Counted from the first letter of the stretch, positions 1 to 9,794 are shown. The stretch: DNA of 51,348 nt from Ruminococcus sp. (GCA_019417865.1 DYCW01000432.1:1-51348); one strand, 5' to 3'. The notes: generated by a model not told the origin, from the letters alone. Translations and numbers: made by a program.

Positions 1-1
1 C

Positions 2-130
2 TATATGCTAGATTTATCAGAAATAGATGTGAATTTTATTCCTGGAGAATATAGAATATTAAAAATATATTCTATGGAAAATTTTGACGGAGCAATCGTA
101 AGTGCTAATAATTTCTCTTTCTATGAATAG
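2..130 (+). CDS. 3' end of an AT-rich hypothetical gene, truncated by the window edge
   Basis: Open frame YMLDLSEIDVNFIPGEYRILKIYSMENFDGAIVSANNFSFYE* ending at TAG 128-130, followed by a hairpin. Confidence 0.6.
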   Translation, partial: YMLDLSEIDVNFIPGEYRILKIYSMENFDGAIVSANNFSFYE

Positions 131-166
131 GTGGATTTTTTGAAATAAAAATAATATTTATAGCAT

Positions 167-206
167 TCAACAGGGGCATTCCTTTTCGTAGGGGTGCCCT
201 TGTTGA
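167..206 (+). terminator. probable intrinsic terminator hairpin
   Basis: TCAACAGGGGCATTCCT / AGGGGTGCCCTTGTTGA inverted repeat downstream of a stop codon; U-tract is weak. Confidence 0.55.
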
Positions 207-322
207 TTACAATCATTTTTCATTTTGAACCTTTCAAAGAGATGAGAAGTGATGTTTCACCCTCTTCAAAATCGTGTCTAAGAACGCCGTATAGTGCGTC
301 GATTTTTATTTTGAAATAGCAC

Positions 323-352
323 TTTACAAAAAACGGGCTGGTATGGTATAAT
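323..352 (+). promoter_or_regulatory. sigma-A promoter with extended -10
   Basis: TTTACA-18 nt-TATAAT with TG at -15/-14. Confidence 0.65.
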
Positions 353-387
353 AAAAAAATACAAGAAAATCAGAGGAGGAACTGCAT

Positions 388-693
388 TTGAACAAATATA
401 CCTACATTTGTGGCATTCTGTTCATTTGTACGCAATTGCTAACTGGCTGTACTGATTTTTCAAAAACGGTTGTTTCGCCAAATGGGACGCATACCCTGCG
501 GATTGACTATGACTTTGCCTCCTGTCCCACTGTATATGAGGAGAAGAGCGGCTCTGATGTTTTGCTTTGGTCGTATCAAGGGGTTGGTTTTGCAGAAACA
601 ACATTTGTTTTCGTGGAATGGACAGGAGAAGATACAGCGATCCTGACGTTTGCCGACGAAAGCGTATCATTGGATTTGACAGAAGGAGCGTGA
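388..693 (+). CDS. small lipoprotein of unknown function
   Basis: GAGGAGG RBS, TTG start, signal peptide with lipobox LTGC. Confidence 0.7.
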   Translation: MNKYTYICGILFICTQLLTGCTDFSKTVVSPNGTHTLRIDYDFASCPTVYEEKSGSDVLLWSYQGVGFAETTFVFVEWTGEDTAILTFADESVSLDLTEGA

Positions 694-699
694 AGCAAT

Positions 700-1236
700 A
701 TGTTGGAAAACAAAACGGAAATCACCATTCCAGCGGTCATGGCGATGCAGAAAGCAATGACCAAACAAGGACAAGTTGCCCGTTTTATCATTGCAGCCCT
801 GTTTTTATGCGGTGCAATTTGGCAAGTTGGTTACATGATTGTGGTAGGAACTTTTTTTAAAAGTTATCTTTATAGTGCTTTGTTCTGTCTGCTGGTGGCT
901 GCTTTTCTTCTTGTGATGCCAATTTGGACAAACCGAAAGATTTTAAAGCAGGTCACGCAGCAGCTTTGCAACCAAGCGGCACCCTTAATCAATCACTATT
1001 ATTTTCAGCCACAGACGCTGAAAATCAAAGATGAGGGGATTACAGACGGTCGGGAATTGCAGCTGCCCTATACGGATATCACCCGATTTCTACAAGATGA
1101 TACCTATTATTTTTTCTATGTTAAATCGACAAACAGTACTTATATTCTCAAGCGAAATGCCTTTCAGCCAAATGATAACGTGCAGGTAATGGCATGTTTG
1201 CAGGAAAAGCTGGCACACTGCAAGGGCATTCGCTGA
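700..1236 (+). CDS. YcxB-like membrane protein
   Basis: Two TM helices then a beta-rich domain (LPYTDITRFLQDDTYYFFY...ILKRNAF) typical of YcxB proteins. Confidence 0.65.
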   Translation: MLENKTEITIPAVMAMQKAMTKQGQVARFIIAALFLCGAIWQVGYMIVVGTFFKSYLYSALFCLLVAAFLLVMPIWTNRKILKQVTQQLCNQAAPLINHYYFQPQTLKIKDEGITDGRELQLPYTDITRFLQDDTYYFFYVKSTNSTYILKRNAFQPNDNVQVMACLQEKLAHCKGIR

Positions 1237-1263
1237 ATGGGATAACAAGGAGAAAACAAAATT

Positions 1264-3066
1264 ATGATGAAACAGATTCGCAATTTTTGTATTATTGCAC
1301 ACATCGACCACGGAAAATCAACTCTGGCTGACCGGATTTTAGAGCAAACCTTTACGGTGGCAAAGCGTGACATGGAAGAACAGATTCTGGACAATATGGA
1401 TATTGAACGGGAGCGTGGCATTACCATCAAAGCACGTGCTGTCCGGTTGAACTACAAGGCAAAAGACGGAAAAACCTATGTGTTCAACCTGATTGACACA
1501 CCGGGTCACGTGGACTTTAACTATGAGGTTTCCCGCAGCCTGGCAGCTTGTGAAGGTGCCATTTTGGTGGTGGATGCTTCACAGGGTATCGAGGCACAGA
1601 CGCTGGCAAATACGTATCTTGCCATTGAGCACGACTTGGAAGTTGTGCCGGTGGTGAATAAAATCGACCTGCCAGCAGCCGATCCGGAACGGGTTTGTCA
1701 GGAGATTGAAAGCGTCATTGGGATTCCAGCAATGGATGCACCGAGAATTTCGGCAAAAGAAGGTTTAAACATTGGCGAAGTGATGGAACGGATTGTCACG
1801 GATATTCCCGCTCCGAAGGGAAATCCAGATGCACCGCTGAAGGCGTTGATTTTTGACAGCTATTATGATGCCTATAAGGGCGTTGTGATTTATATTCGGG
1901 TCAAGGAGGGGACTGTAAAAGTTGGCGACACCATACGCCTTATGGCAACTGGTGCGGAATTTACGGTTGTAGAAGCTGGTTATATGGATACCAAAAGCCT
2001 GGTCAATGTCGGACAGCTTTCTGCTGGTGAGGTTGGGTATCTGTCTGCTTCGATTAAGAGCATTGGAGATACTCGTGTCGGGGATACTGTTACATTGGCA
2101 GAAAATCCATGTGACGAACCACTGCCAGGTTATCGGAAAGTCAATCCGATGGTGTTCTCCGGTATCTATCCGGCAGATGGTGCAAAGTATGGGGATCTGC
2201 GGGAAGCACTGGAAAAGCTTCAGTTGAATGATGCCTCTTTGTCCTTTGAGCCAGAAACCTCTATTGCACTGGGGTTTGGCTTCCGTTGTGGATTTTTGGG
2301 ATTGTTGCATATGGAAATCATTCAGGAACGGCTGGAGCGAGAATATAATCTGGACTTGATTACAACAGCCCCTTCTGTTATCTATCGGGTTACCATGACA
2401 AACGGCGAAGTAGAGATGATTGACAACCCGACCAACTATCCGGATCCTGCTCTGATTCAGCTGGCAGAAGAACCAATGGTAAAGGCAGAAATTCTGACAC
2501 CGCCCGATTTTGTCGGCAATGTCATGGAGCTTTGTCAAAATCGAAGAGGCGTCTTTGTGGATATGCAGTATTTGGATGATACCAGAGTTTCTTTGAAATA
2601 CAATTTGCCACTGAATGAGATTGTATATGACTTTTTTGATGTGCTGAAATCTCGAACCAGAGGCTATGCGTCCTTTGACTATGAAGTGACAGGTTATGCA
2701 GCCTCTCAGCTGGTGAAATTGGATATTCTGTTGAATGGGGATGTGATTGATGCCTTGTCCTTTATCATTCATAAGGATAAGGCATATGAACGGGCAAGAA
2801 AAATCGTGGAGAAACTGAAGGAAAATATTCCACGGCAGTTGTTTGAAGTGCCGGTACAGGCAGCCATTGGCGGAAAAATCATTGCAAGAGAAACCATTAA
2901 GGCAATGCGGAAGGACGTATTGGCAAAGTGTTATGGCGGCGACATTACGAGAAAGAAGAAGCTGTTGGAGAAACAGAAGGAAGGTAAGAAGCGAATGCGG
3001 CAGCTGGGTACGGTTGAAGTACCGCAGGAAGCATTTATGAGTGTATTGAAACTGGATGAGGAATAA
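1264..3066 (+). CDS. lepA: elongation factor 4 (LepA)
   Basis: [33 protein letters not shown]-terminal [21 protein letters not shown]. Confidence 0.99.
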   Translation: MMKQIRNFCIIAHIDHGKSTLADRILEQTFTVAKRDMEEQILDNMDIERERGITIKARAVRLNYKAKDGKTYVFNLIDTPGHVDFNYEVSRSLAACEGAILVVDASQGIEAQTLANTYLAIEHDLEVVPVVNKIDLPAADPERVCQEIESVIGIPAMDAPRISAKEGLNIGEVMERIVTDIPAPKGNPDAPLKALIFDSYYDAYKGVVIYIRVKEGTVKVGDTIRLMATGAEFTVVEAGYMDTKSLVNVGQLSAGEVGYLSASIKSIGDTRVGDTVTLAENPCDEPLPGYRKVNPMVFSGIYPADGAKYGDLREALEKLQLNDASLSFEPETSIALGFGFRCGFLGLLHMEIIQERLEREYNLDLITTAPSVIYRVTMTNGEVEMIDNPTNYPDPALIQLAEEPMVKAEILTPPDFVGNVMELCQNRRGVFVDMQYLDDTRVSLKYNLPLNEIVYDFFDVLKSRTRGYASFDYEVTGYAASQLVKLDILLNGDVIDALSFIIHKDKAYERARKIVEKLKENIPRQLFEVPVQAAIGGKIIARETIKAMRKDVLAKCYGGDITRKKKLLEKQKEGKKRMRQLGTVEVPQEAFMSVLKLDEE

Positions 3067-3134
3067 AAGATACAAATGAGCCCTCATTCGACGGAGGAGC
3101 TTTGTTCCACCCTCGGAAAGGAATGGATGATATC

Positions 3135-3470
3135 ATGTCAGAAAAACAATCAATTTATGCTTGTCCGCACTGCGGCAAGAAAACGTTTAATCCTTTGACC
3201 AAGGCTTTGGCAGGCGGTATGAATACCAAAGGCCGTGTTTGTCAAGCGTGTGGCAGACGTGCTGTGAATGGTAAGGTTTCTACCATCGTTCGCACAGTAT
3301 TGATGTTAATTGCCATTGTCATTATATTTGTAACCTATTTTATAGAAAACAATAACACCAGAGCATATCTCATTATGACGGGTACCATTGTGGCTGCGTG
3401 GCTGTTGTCCATGCTGTTTGATGCATTCTTCTGTCCACTGATGAAAGTGGTGCGGAACGATGCCAGCTGA
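3135..3470 (+). CDS. CxxC...CxxC zinc-ribbon membrane protein
   Basis: CPHC-x22-CQAC then two TM helices; start moved to ATG 3135 after AAGGA. Confidence 0.7.
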   Translation: MSEKQSIYACPHCGKKTFNPLTKALAGGMNTKGRVCQACGRRAVNGKVSTIVRTVLMLIAIVIIFVTYFIENNNTRAYLIMTGTIVAAWLLSMLFDAFFCPLMKVVRNDAS

Positions 3471-4545
3471 GCAGACGCTTGGTTTATACATTCATGTCCC
3501 TTTTTGTGTGCGAAAGTGTCCCTATTGTGATTTCTATTCAGTTCCGCAGACAGAGGCACGCATGATGCAGTATACCGCAGCTCTTTGCCGCTTTTTGCAG
3601 CAGACTGAAACAAACTTGCGGGTGGATACCGTTTATTTTGGTGGCGGTACGCCGTCTTTGTTACCGCTGCCACAGTTAGAGCAGATTTTGCAGTGCATTG
3701 CCAGGCACTTTTCGCTCTGGCAGCCGGAAATCACACTGGAATGCAATCCGGCAACGGTGACAAAAGATACGCTTTCTGCTTATCGGCAGATGGGTGTCAA
3801 TCGGCTTTCCATCGGAGTACAGTCGCTTTCAGATGCACAGCTGAACCGTCTTGGACGGCTGCACAATGCAGCGGAAGCAATTGCAACGGTAGAGCAGGCA
3901 GCGGCGGTTGGCTTTGAGAATCTCTCCTGTGATGTGATGCTGGCACTGCCGCAGCAGACAGAAGACGAGTTGCAAAGTACGTTGCAGCAATTGACGGCAC
4001 TGCCGATTCAACATCTTTCTGCTTACTTGTTGAAAGTCGAGGAGGGGACACCCTATGCAAAAAGCAAATGGGTGGAGCAGCTGCCGGATGCCGATGCCGC
4101 CGCAGATTGTTACCTACAGACTGTGGAAACCTTACGGCAGTCTGGTTTCCTACAATATGAAATCTCTAACTTTGCAAAACCTGGTTATGAAAGCCGACAT
4201 AACTGTAAATATTGGCGGTGTGAGCCGTATCTTGGTTTTGGGACCTCTGCCCATTCCTGTTACGGGGGAAAGCGGTTTTTTGTGCCGTCTGATTTGCAGG
4301 CATTTTGTGAGGCGGAAACACAGCCAATTGTGATAGAGGATGAAAATCCTTGCACACAAGAGGAACGAATCATGTTAGGACTGCGGTTGTTGGAGGGCAT
4401 TCCCTGCGAATGGCTGCATCCCCAGCAGATGCAGCAGATGAAACGGTATGAAAAGGGTGGCTTGGTTCGCTTTTTCGGGAAACGGGTGGCACTGACTGCA
4501 AAGGGCTGTTTGGTGTCCAATGCAATTTTGGCAGAGATTTTATAA
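3460..4545 (+). CDS. hemW: radical SAM heme chaperone HemW (HemN-like)
   Basis: LYIHVPFC-x3-CPYCDF, YFGGGTPS, YEISNFA, HNxxYW; lepA neighbourhood. Confidence 0.93.
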   Translation: MPAEQTLGLYIHVPFCVRKCPYCDFYSVPQTEARMMQYTAALCRFLQQTETNLRVDTVYFGGGTPSLLPLPQLEQILQCIARHFSLWQPEITLECNPATVTKDTLSAYRQMGVNRLSIGVQSLSDAQLNRLGRLHNAAEAIATVEQAAAVGFENLSCDVMLALPQQTEDELQSTLQQLTALPIQHLSAYLLKVEEGTPYAKSKWVEQLPDADAAADCYLQTVETLRQSGFLQYEISNFAKPGYESRHNCKYWRCEPYLGFGTSAHSCYGGKRFFVPSDLQAFCEAETQPIVIEDENPCTQEERIMLGLRLLEGIPCEWLHPQQMQQMKRYEKGGLVRFFGKRVALTAKGCLVSNAILAEIL

Positions 4546-4598
4546 TATCAAGATGACGTGTGGAAAATCCATTTTCCCTAAGAAATAGGAACGTGCAT

Positions 4599-4644
4599 AA
4601 AAAAGCAGTACAGAGCGTAATTTGCCTGTACTGCTTTATTTTTA
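4599..4644. terminator. bidirectional terminator between convergent hemW and NUDIX genes
   Basis: AAAAAAGCAGTACAG...CTGTACTGCTTTATTTTT. Confidence 0.75.
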
Positions 4645-4681
4645 TATGCATTAACATTGAGAAGCACGTGTGTGACGAGAA

Positions 4682-5185
4682 TTAGTCTTCAAACACCTGC
4701 TTGATGCTGTCATAGTGCAGGAAAATACCTTGTTCGCCATACTGTTGAATTTGTTCCAGTGTTGCAAAGGCGTATTCCATAACTTCCCGTTCCTGCGTAT
4801 GCACCGCATTGTCTGGGATGTCCAGTGTAAACCGAAAGATGTCCACAAAATAATTGTTCTTTTCCTCTGGATTCACCCGCTTATAGGAGAATACATATCC
4901 GCCTTCTGCGTTAGAAACGTCGATACCGGTTTCTTCTAAAATTTCCCGTTTTACCGCCTCTTCCGCAGATTCGCCGGCACGGACGCCGCCGCCTGGTACT
5001 TCCCAGCAGCCCGGTGCCCATTCCTTGTCCATTCTGCGGCGGGTAATCAGGTATGTGCCGTCCGGTCGACGCAGAACACCTAATACGGTCAGATGAAAAT
5101 CACCCGGTTGCATATTCCAGTCATTTCGTGCCATTGTCCTTCCGGTTTTTTGTTTGTTTTCGTCATAAATATCCCATTGTTCCAT
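4682..5185 (-). CDS. NUDIX hydrolase
   Basis: Nudix box GGGVRAGESAEEAVKREILEETG; AGGAGG RBS. Confidence 0.92.
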   Translation of the reverse strand: MEQWDIYDENKQKTGRTMARNDWNMQPGDFHLTVLGVLRRPDGTYLITRRRMDKEWAPGCWEVPGGGVRAGESAEEAVKREILEETGIDVSNAEGGYVFSYKRVNPEEKNNYFVDIFRFTLDIPDNAVHTQEREVMEYAFATLEQIQQYGEQGIFLHYDSIKQVFED

Positions 5186-5224
5186 GGTAAATCCTCCTGA
5201 TTGTACATTTGCAGAATGAGCATG

Positions 5225-5392
5225 TTATTTTTTGGCTTTCGTGTTGCTGTAAATCATGCCGCAGATGACAGCGGTTAGTATCACACCGCAGAAAATCCAG
5301 CTGCCTGCTATAAGAAATTTTTCTGGCAGAACTGCATAAATCTCTGTCAATAAAATCAGCAGGATTGGAATATATGCTGTCATCTTCATCAT
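5225..5392 (-). CDS. 55-aa two-TM small membrane protein (below ORF-track cutoff)
   Basis: MMKMTAYIPILLILLTEIYAVLPEKFLIAGSWIFCGVILTAVICGMIYSNTKAKK* fills the gap between co-oriented TPR and NUDIX genes; RBS weak. Confidence 0.55.
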   Translation of the reverse strand: MMKMTAYIPILLILLTEIYAVLPEKFLIAGSWIFCGVILTAVICGMIYSNTKAKK

Positions 5393-5410
5393 CTCGTTTG
5401 GAAAGAGCGG

Positions 5411-6481
5411 TTACTTGGTCTGCTGAATTTTTTGAGAACGGTCTGGTTCCGGTTTCTGTTCTTTCTTTTTCGGGGAAATCTTATGCAGCAGTTCCTTCAC
5501 TTCCGGATCATTGGTCAGACCGTATACGACTAACAGATAGAACTGTGCATTGGGTAGATCTTTCTTTTCCAGTGCTTCCTTTGCAAGGGCTGCTGCGATC
5601 GAAACTACATCCTTATTGGCACCGGTCTGCATACCATACTTTTCAAAGGCAGCATTGACTTCTTTTCTGGTCGGCGGTGTAATTTTTTTCTTTGTAATGG
5701 TGTGGATGTGGTGCAACTCTGCCTGTACACCCGGATGATCGGCATAGATCAGGCTCTCATAGTAGAAGCAAACGGCACTGTCATAGTCCTTTGTTTCGAT
5801 ACAATAGTAGCCGAGGTTGCAGTAACATCTGGAGAGGGTGACCGGTGAAGTTGCAATGGAAAGAGTTTCTTTTGTGACACCCAGCAGGTCTTCCGGCTGT
5901 TTGAGTATTTTATAGCATTCTGCCATTTCAAAATAGGGATCGGTGTTGAGCGGATTGTAACGGATGGCGTCCTCCAGTACAGCGACTGCTTCTTCTGCCC
6001 GACCGAGATCCAACAGGACATAACCGTGCAGCATTACCATTGCACACAAATCAAACGGTGCACGCAGCAGTTTCTTTGATGGGCTGTAGAAGACGAGATA
6101 AAGCTGATGTTCCAGTGTATTCCGCAGACTGAGATACATCTCCTCTTCGGTTTCCCGGAAGTTAATGCAGATTTTTGTATACAGAGCTTCTGTCAGTTTC
6201 AACGCTTCTTTTGTTTTTTTCTGGTTGACCAGTTCCAATGCTTCTGCGAAGACTCTATCTATCCGTTTGCCGTCGATGTAGAGCATTTTTGCAAGGCGTT
6301 CTTTCTTTTCGTCCGGCAGAATTTCATAGGCAAGGTCTGCCATCTGGCTTTCCACTTCTTTGCCCAGTTCGGTGCCAGCATATTGTTTTACAATATGTTC
6401 CAGGTGCACCATATCGACGCTTTCTTCGCCAGTTAAGCCTTGTTTTGCTTCTGCTACGATTTCATCAATTGTTTTTGCCAT
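5411..6481 (-). CDS. tetratricopeptide repeat protein
   Basis: TPR patterns (LGRAEEAVAVLEDAIRYNP; YCNLGYYCIETKDYDSAVCFY); AAGGAG RBS. Confidence 0.85.
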   Translation of the reverse strand: MAKTIDEIVAEAKQGLTGEESVDMVHLEHIVKQYAGTELGKEVESQMADLAYEILPDEKKERLAKMLYIDGKRIDRVFAEALELVNQKKTKEALKLTEALYTKICINFRETEEEMYLSLRNTLEHQLYLVFYSPSKKLLRAPFDLCAMVMLHGYVLLDLGRAEEAVAVLEDAIRYNPLNTDPYFEMAECYKILKQPEDLLGVTKETLSIATSPVTLSRCYCNLGYYCIETKDYDSAVCFYYESLIYADHPGVQAELHHIHTITKKKITPPTRKEVNAAFEKYGMQTGANKDVVSIAAALAKEALEKKDLPNAQFYLLVVYGLTNDPEVKELLHKISPKKKEQKPEPDRSQKIQQTK

Positions 6482-6558
6482 AGGGGGTTACTCCTTTAAC
6501 GTTTATCAAAAATTCTTTTTTTTCATGTGACCGCAGAGAATTTTTCACTGCTTTTTCT

Positions 6559-6588
6559 ATTATAGCATAATCTTGCTGTGGCTGTCAA
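6559..6588 (-). promoter_or_regulatory. sigma-A promoter for the TPR operon
   Basis: Minus strand TTGACA-18 nt-TATAAT with extended TG. Confidence 0.75.
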
Positions 6589-6645
6589 TTGATTTTTGTG
6601 CAAAATTACGAGGGGCTGTTTGCCGTTGTTGGTTTTCTGTGCAGC

Positions 6646-6690
6646 GGAAAAACGCCCTGCCGTATGAATTGGTACAGCAAGGTGTTTTTC
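6646..6690 (-). terminator. intrinsic terminator
   Basis: Minus strand GAAAAACACCTTGCTGTA...TACGGCAGGGCGTTTTTC directly after the stop codon. Confidence 0.6.
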
Positions 6691-7049
6691 TATATTGTAA
6701 TAATATTTGTCTGTCCGTTCTCAAGAATTACTTTCATTCTATTATTGTCTAATGGTATAACCTTATCCACCCACATGATGGGCTCAATTCGTCCCCATTC
6801 CAGCCATTGGCTTGTGTTTGTTTCATAGGAATATTCTTGAAATGGCGGTTGTAGAAAATATAGGATTACGCCGCAGCCATACATTACCACAAAGTATTCG
6901 TCTGCATCAATAATGGCTCCATTTGGTTCACCATAAAAATCACCAATGATGATTTTAGAATGATTGCATTTGCTAATGAGATAAACGGTTTCATATGTAT
7001 GTGTAACGATGTAATTCTTGCTTTCATCTAAAACATTTTCAGAATTCAT
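6690..7049 (-). CDS. AT-rich hypothetical protein
   Basis: 119-aa ORF coupled by ATGA overlap to the upstream gene and followed by a terminator. Confidence 0.7.
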   Translation of the reverse strand: MNSENVLDESKNYIVTHTYETVYLISKCNHSKIIIGDFYGEPNGAIIDADEYFVVMYGCGVILYFLQPPFQEYSYETNTSQWLEWGRIEPIMWVDKVIPLDNNRMKVILENGQTNIITI

Positions 7050-7648
7050 ATTTTTTTATTTGTCTTTGGTACACGTTTGCTTGTTTTTTTCTTTTTCCGG
7101 ACAGAGAATCCAAAATCCCCCAGCTTTCTGCCCAAGGTAAAATATTCTCCATGTGCATAGGCAAGCAGTCCCATTTGCTGCAAGTTCAATTTGCCTTTGC
7201 TGTCCACATAGCGTTCTTCCACATTGACCGCCGTGATCTCCGCCAGCATCAGCACATGTGTGCCAAGCGGCTGCGTGGTCTGGATTTTGCACTCCAAACT
7301 GACCGGACATTCTGCAATCAGCGGAGCAGCAACGGTCTGTGCCGGTTCCGGTGTAAAATGACAGGCAGCAAATTTATCAATATCCTTTCCGCTGCGGCAG
7401 CCGCAGAAATCGGTCTCTCGACATAGGGAGGAGGTGGGCAGATTGATGACAAACTCCCGCTGTTTCATCAGAATCGGATAGGAATAACGGGTTGGGCGGA
7501 CGGAAATCGAAACCATCGGCGGATGCGTGTTTAGTACACCTGTCCAGGCAATGGTGAGAATATTGGGGTGTTCCAGCGTGCCACAGCTGACCAGTACCGG
7601 CGGAACCGGTGCTAACAGAACGCTACCTTTCCAGTGTTGTTTTGACAA
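7046..7648 (-). CDS. flavin reductase family (flavoredoxin-like) protein
   Basis: PVPPVLVSCG, REFVINLP, CGCRSGKDIDKF, APLIAECPVSLECK; TTG start at 7648 after GGAGG. Confidence 0.9.
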   Translation of the reverse strand: MSKQHWKGSVLLAPVPPVLVSCGTLEHPNILTIAWTGVLNTHPPMVSISVRPTRYSYPILMKQREFVINLPTSSLCRETDFCGCRSGKDIDKFAACHFTPEPAQTVAAPLIAECPVSLECKIQTTQPLGTHVLMLAEITAVNVEERYVDSKGKLNLQQMGLLAYAHGEYFTLGRKLGDFGFSVRKKKKTSKRVPKTNKKI

Positions 7649-7760
7649 GAGCAGATCCCTCCGTTTTGTATTGCAGAAAAGCATCTGTATTTGTTTCCTC
7701 ATAAGAACCAATTCGCTTTTCCAGTTGACAGCAGATGCTGCCGATGTAGGATGTATTTTG

Positions 7761-7789
7761 ATGATAACATATTTCTCGAAATCTGTCAA
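7761..7789 (-). promoter_or_regulatory. sigma-A promoter of the flavin reductase operon
   Basis: Minus strand TTGACA-17 nt-TATCAT with extended TG. Confidence 0.7.
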
Positions 7790-7798
7790 TTCTTTTTT

Positions 7799-8089
7799 CA
7801 CGGAAATCAATTTTTAAATGATGGTTTAAATTCTACGCCACAGGCGTCTGCGGTCAAGCTGCCACCTTTGCAAAGCAAACGAGTTGAAATCGGTCAATGG
7901 ATGAGGAACAAGATACCGCTGTCCGCCATCTAAAAAAACAAAACGGTACGAAATGCAGAAATTTCGTGTCGTTAGACTGCAAATTGAGGTACAGAACAGG
8001 GCGGACAGCGGTCACAGGCAGACAGCGTAGCGAATCTGCCGGACGATTCGGACAAGTTTTCCAAAAAAATCCGAAAATGGATTTCCGTG
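7799..8089. mobile_element. putative MITE (non-autonomous miniature inverted-repeat element), 291 bp
   Basis: TIRs CACGGAAATCAATTTT (7799-7814) and AAAATGGATTTCCGTG (8074-8089), 15/16 match; flanking 10-bp direct repeat ATTCTTTTTT (7789-7798, 8090-8099); no transposase. Confidence 0.65.
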
Positions 8090-8108
8090 ATTCTTTTTTG
8101 ATTATGGA

Positions 8109-8137
8109 TTGACGAAATCTGTCATATCTGTTATAAT
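8109..8137 (+). promoter_or_regulatory. sigma-A promoter
   Basis: TTGACG-17 nt-TATAAT with extended TG. Confidence 0.75.
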
Positions 8138-8210
8138 AAAGGCAGGCGTTTGTACTGTCAGTATCGAATAACAGTATATTGATTATAAAAATATAACCGA
8201 AAAGGGAGTT

Positions 8211-9722
8211 TTGAATATGCTACAGCTTGCAGCCGTGTTCAGTGACCATATGGTTCTGCAAAGAGAAAAAAATATTGTTGTCTTCGGAATCGGTGAAGTG
8301 GGGGCTATCGTGACCGTTTCCATTCCGGAGCGGAAATTATACGCTTCTACCACTGTAAAAGAGGATGGCAGCTGGCGGCTGCAATTTCCGCCGCAGCCAG
8401 CGGGAACAGGATTGACCATGCATGCAAAAGACAGCAGAACAGAGGTCAGCTTTCAGGATGTTGCCATTGGCGAGGTTTGGCTGGCAGGCGGACAGTCCAA
8501 TATGGAATTTCCGCTGAAAAATGCCGTGAACGGCAAACTGGAGCTGTCACGTTGTGAACGAAGCCGGGTGCGGTATTACAATGTACAGCGGAGCGGTGTG
8601 ATGCATGCTGCCTATTTTCAGACAGAGCGGAAAAACCGCTGGCAGATGCCGACACCGAAAAATGCAGCAGAGTGGTCAGCAGTTGCCTATCTGGCAGCAA
8701 AAGAATTGTCCCAGAAGCTGGGTGTGGTAGTTGGTGTCATTGGGTGTAATTATTCCGGTACTTCTGCCAGCTGTTGGGTGCCGTCTGCGGATTTGACTGG
8801 ACATACTGCCCTGCATCCGTACTGGACAGCCTATCTAAGTGCGTGTCGAGGGAAGACAGAAGCAGAAATGGCAGCGGATTATGCCGCTTATCTTGCTTAT
8901 CAGAATGCATGGGAAAAACGAATGACCGCCTGCTATCAGGAGAATCCCAACATGAAGTGGAATGCGGTCTTAGAACGCTGCGGTGAAAACCGTTATCCTG
9001 GTCCGATGGGCAGCCGGAATCCGCTGCGGCCATGCGGTTTATATAAAACAATGCTCTCTCGTGTCATGCCGTATACCCTGCGTGGTTTCTGGTATTATCA
9101 GGGGGAAAATGATGACAATCGTCCAGCAAGTTATGCACAGCTGCTGTCAGTGTTGATTACACGCTGGCGGAAGGATTGGAATGATGAAACCATGCCGTTT
9201 ATGATTGTACAGCTGCCGATGTTCAGTTATGAAGGAGAGGAGAACCGCACTAACTGGGCAGAATTGCGGGAGGCACAAACACAGGTGTTCCGTACGCTCC
9301 GGAATACTGGTCTGATTGTTACAATGGACTGTGGTGAATATAACAATATGCATTCAACTGAGAAGCGAACGGTTGCACACCGTCTGGCATTGCAGACACT
9401 GTATCGGGTTTATAAGGCAGTGCCGGCAGGGGATGCAGAAGCGGCTTACTGCAAGAATGGTTATGCTTCCGGCGGTGCGTATATTTTGCAGTTTTCCCAG
9501 CCGGTTGCTCCAAAAGAGGGAACCACTCCGGTGTTTGAAATTGCTGGTGCAGACGGAATCTATTATCCGGCAACCGCAGAATTTCGGGAAAGCTATGTGC
9601 GGCTGACATCGCCAAAGGTGCGGATACCGGTTTCCATGCGGTATGCGTGGCGGAACTGGTGTGATGTATCCCTTTACGGAAAGAATGGCATTCCAGTTGC
9701 TTCATTCCGGATGCCGAAGTAA
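8211..9722 (+). CDS. sialate O-acetylesterase family (SASA/SGNH) protein
   Basis: FSDHMVLQR, GEVWLAGGQSNME, WYYQGE, PFMIVQLP, VSMRYAW. Confidence 0.88.
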   Translation: MNMLQLAAVFSDHMVLQREKNIVVFGIGEVGAIVTVSIPERKLYASTTVKEDGSWRLQFPPQPAGTGLTMHAKDSRTEVSFQDVAIGEVWLAGGQSNMEFPLKNAVNGKLELSRCERSRVRYYNVQRSGVMHAAYFQTERKNRWQMPTPKNAAEWSAVAYLAAKELSQKLGVVVGVIGCNYSGTSASCWVPSADLTGHTALHPYWTAYLSACRGKTEAEMAADYAAYLAYQNAWEKRMTACYQENPNMKWNAVLERCGENRYPGPMGSRNPLRPCGLYKTMLSRVMPYTLRGFWYYQGENDDNRPASYAQLLSVLITRWRKDWNDETMPFMIVQLPMFSYEGEENRTNWAELREAQTQVFRTLRNTGLIVTMDCGEYNNMHSTEKRTVAHRLALQTLYRVYKAVPAGDAEAAYCKNGYASGGAYILQFSQPVAPKEGTTPVFEIAGADGIYYPATAEFRESYVRLTSPKVRIPVSMRYAWRNWCDVSLYGKNGIPVASFRMPK

Positions 9723-9794
9723 ATAGTACATAATGCATCAGTATGATGGAGAAAATGGGAACTATCCTATAAAATATCAGATTCCCATTTCCCG

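Noticed and set aside
1765..3087. Long antisense or alternative-frame ORFs (also 17985-18797, 30518-31618, 49069-49833 and others)
   Set aside because: Shadows of well-supported genes with no recognisable motifs.
7649..7755. FMN or ZTP riboswitch in the flavin reductase leader
   Set aside because: Only one stem (AGCATCTG/CAGATGCT); conserved aptamer motifs are absent.
7833..8030. 6S RNA
   Set aside because: Size fits, but the fold is branched and asymmetric, has no clear promoter or terminator, and lies within TIRs.
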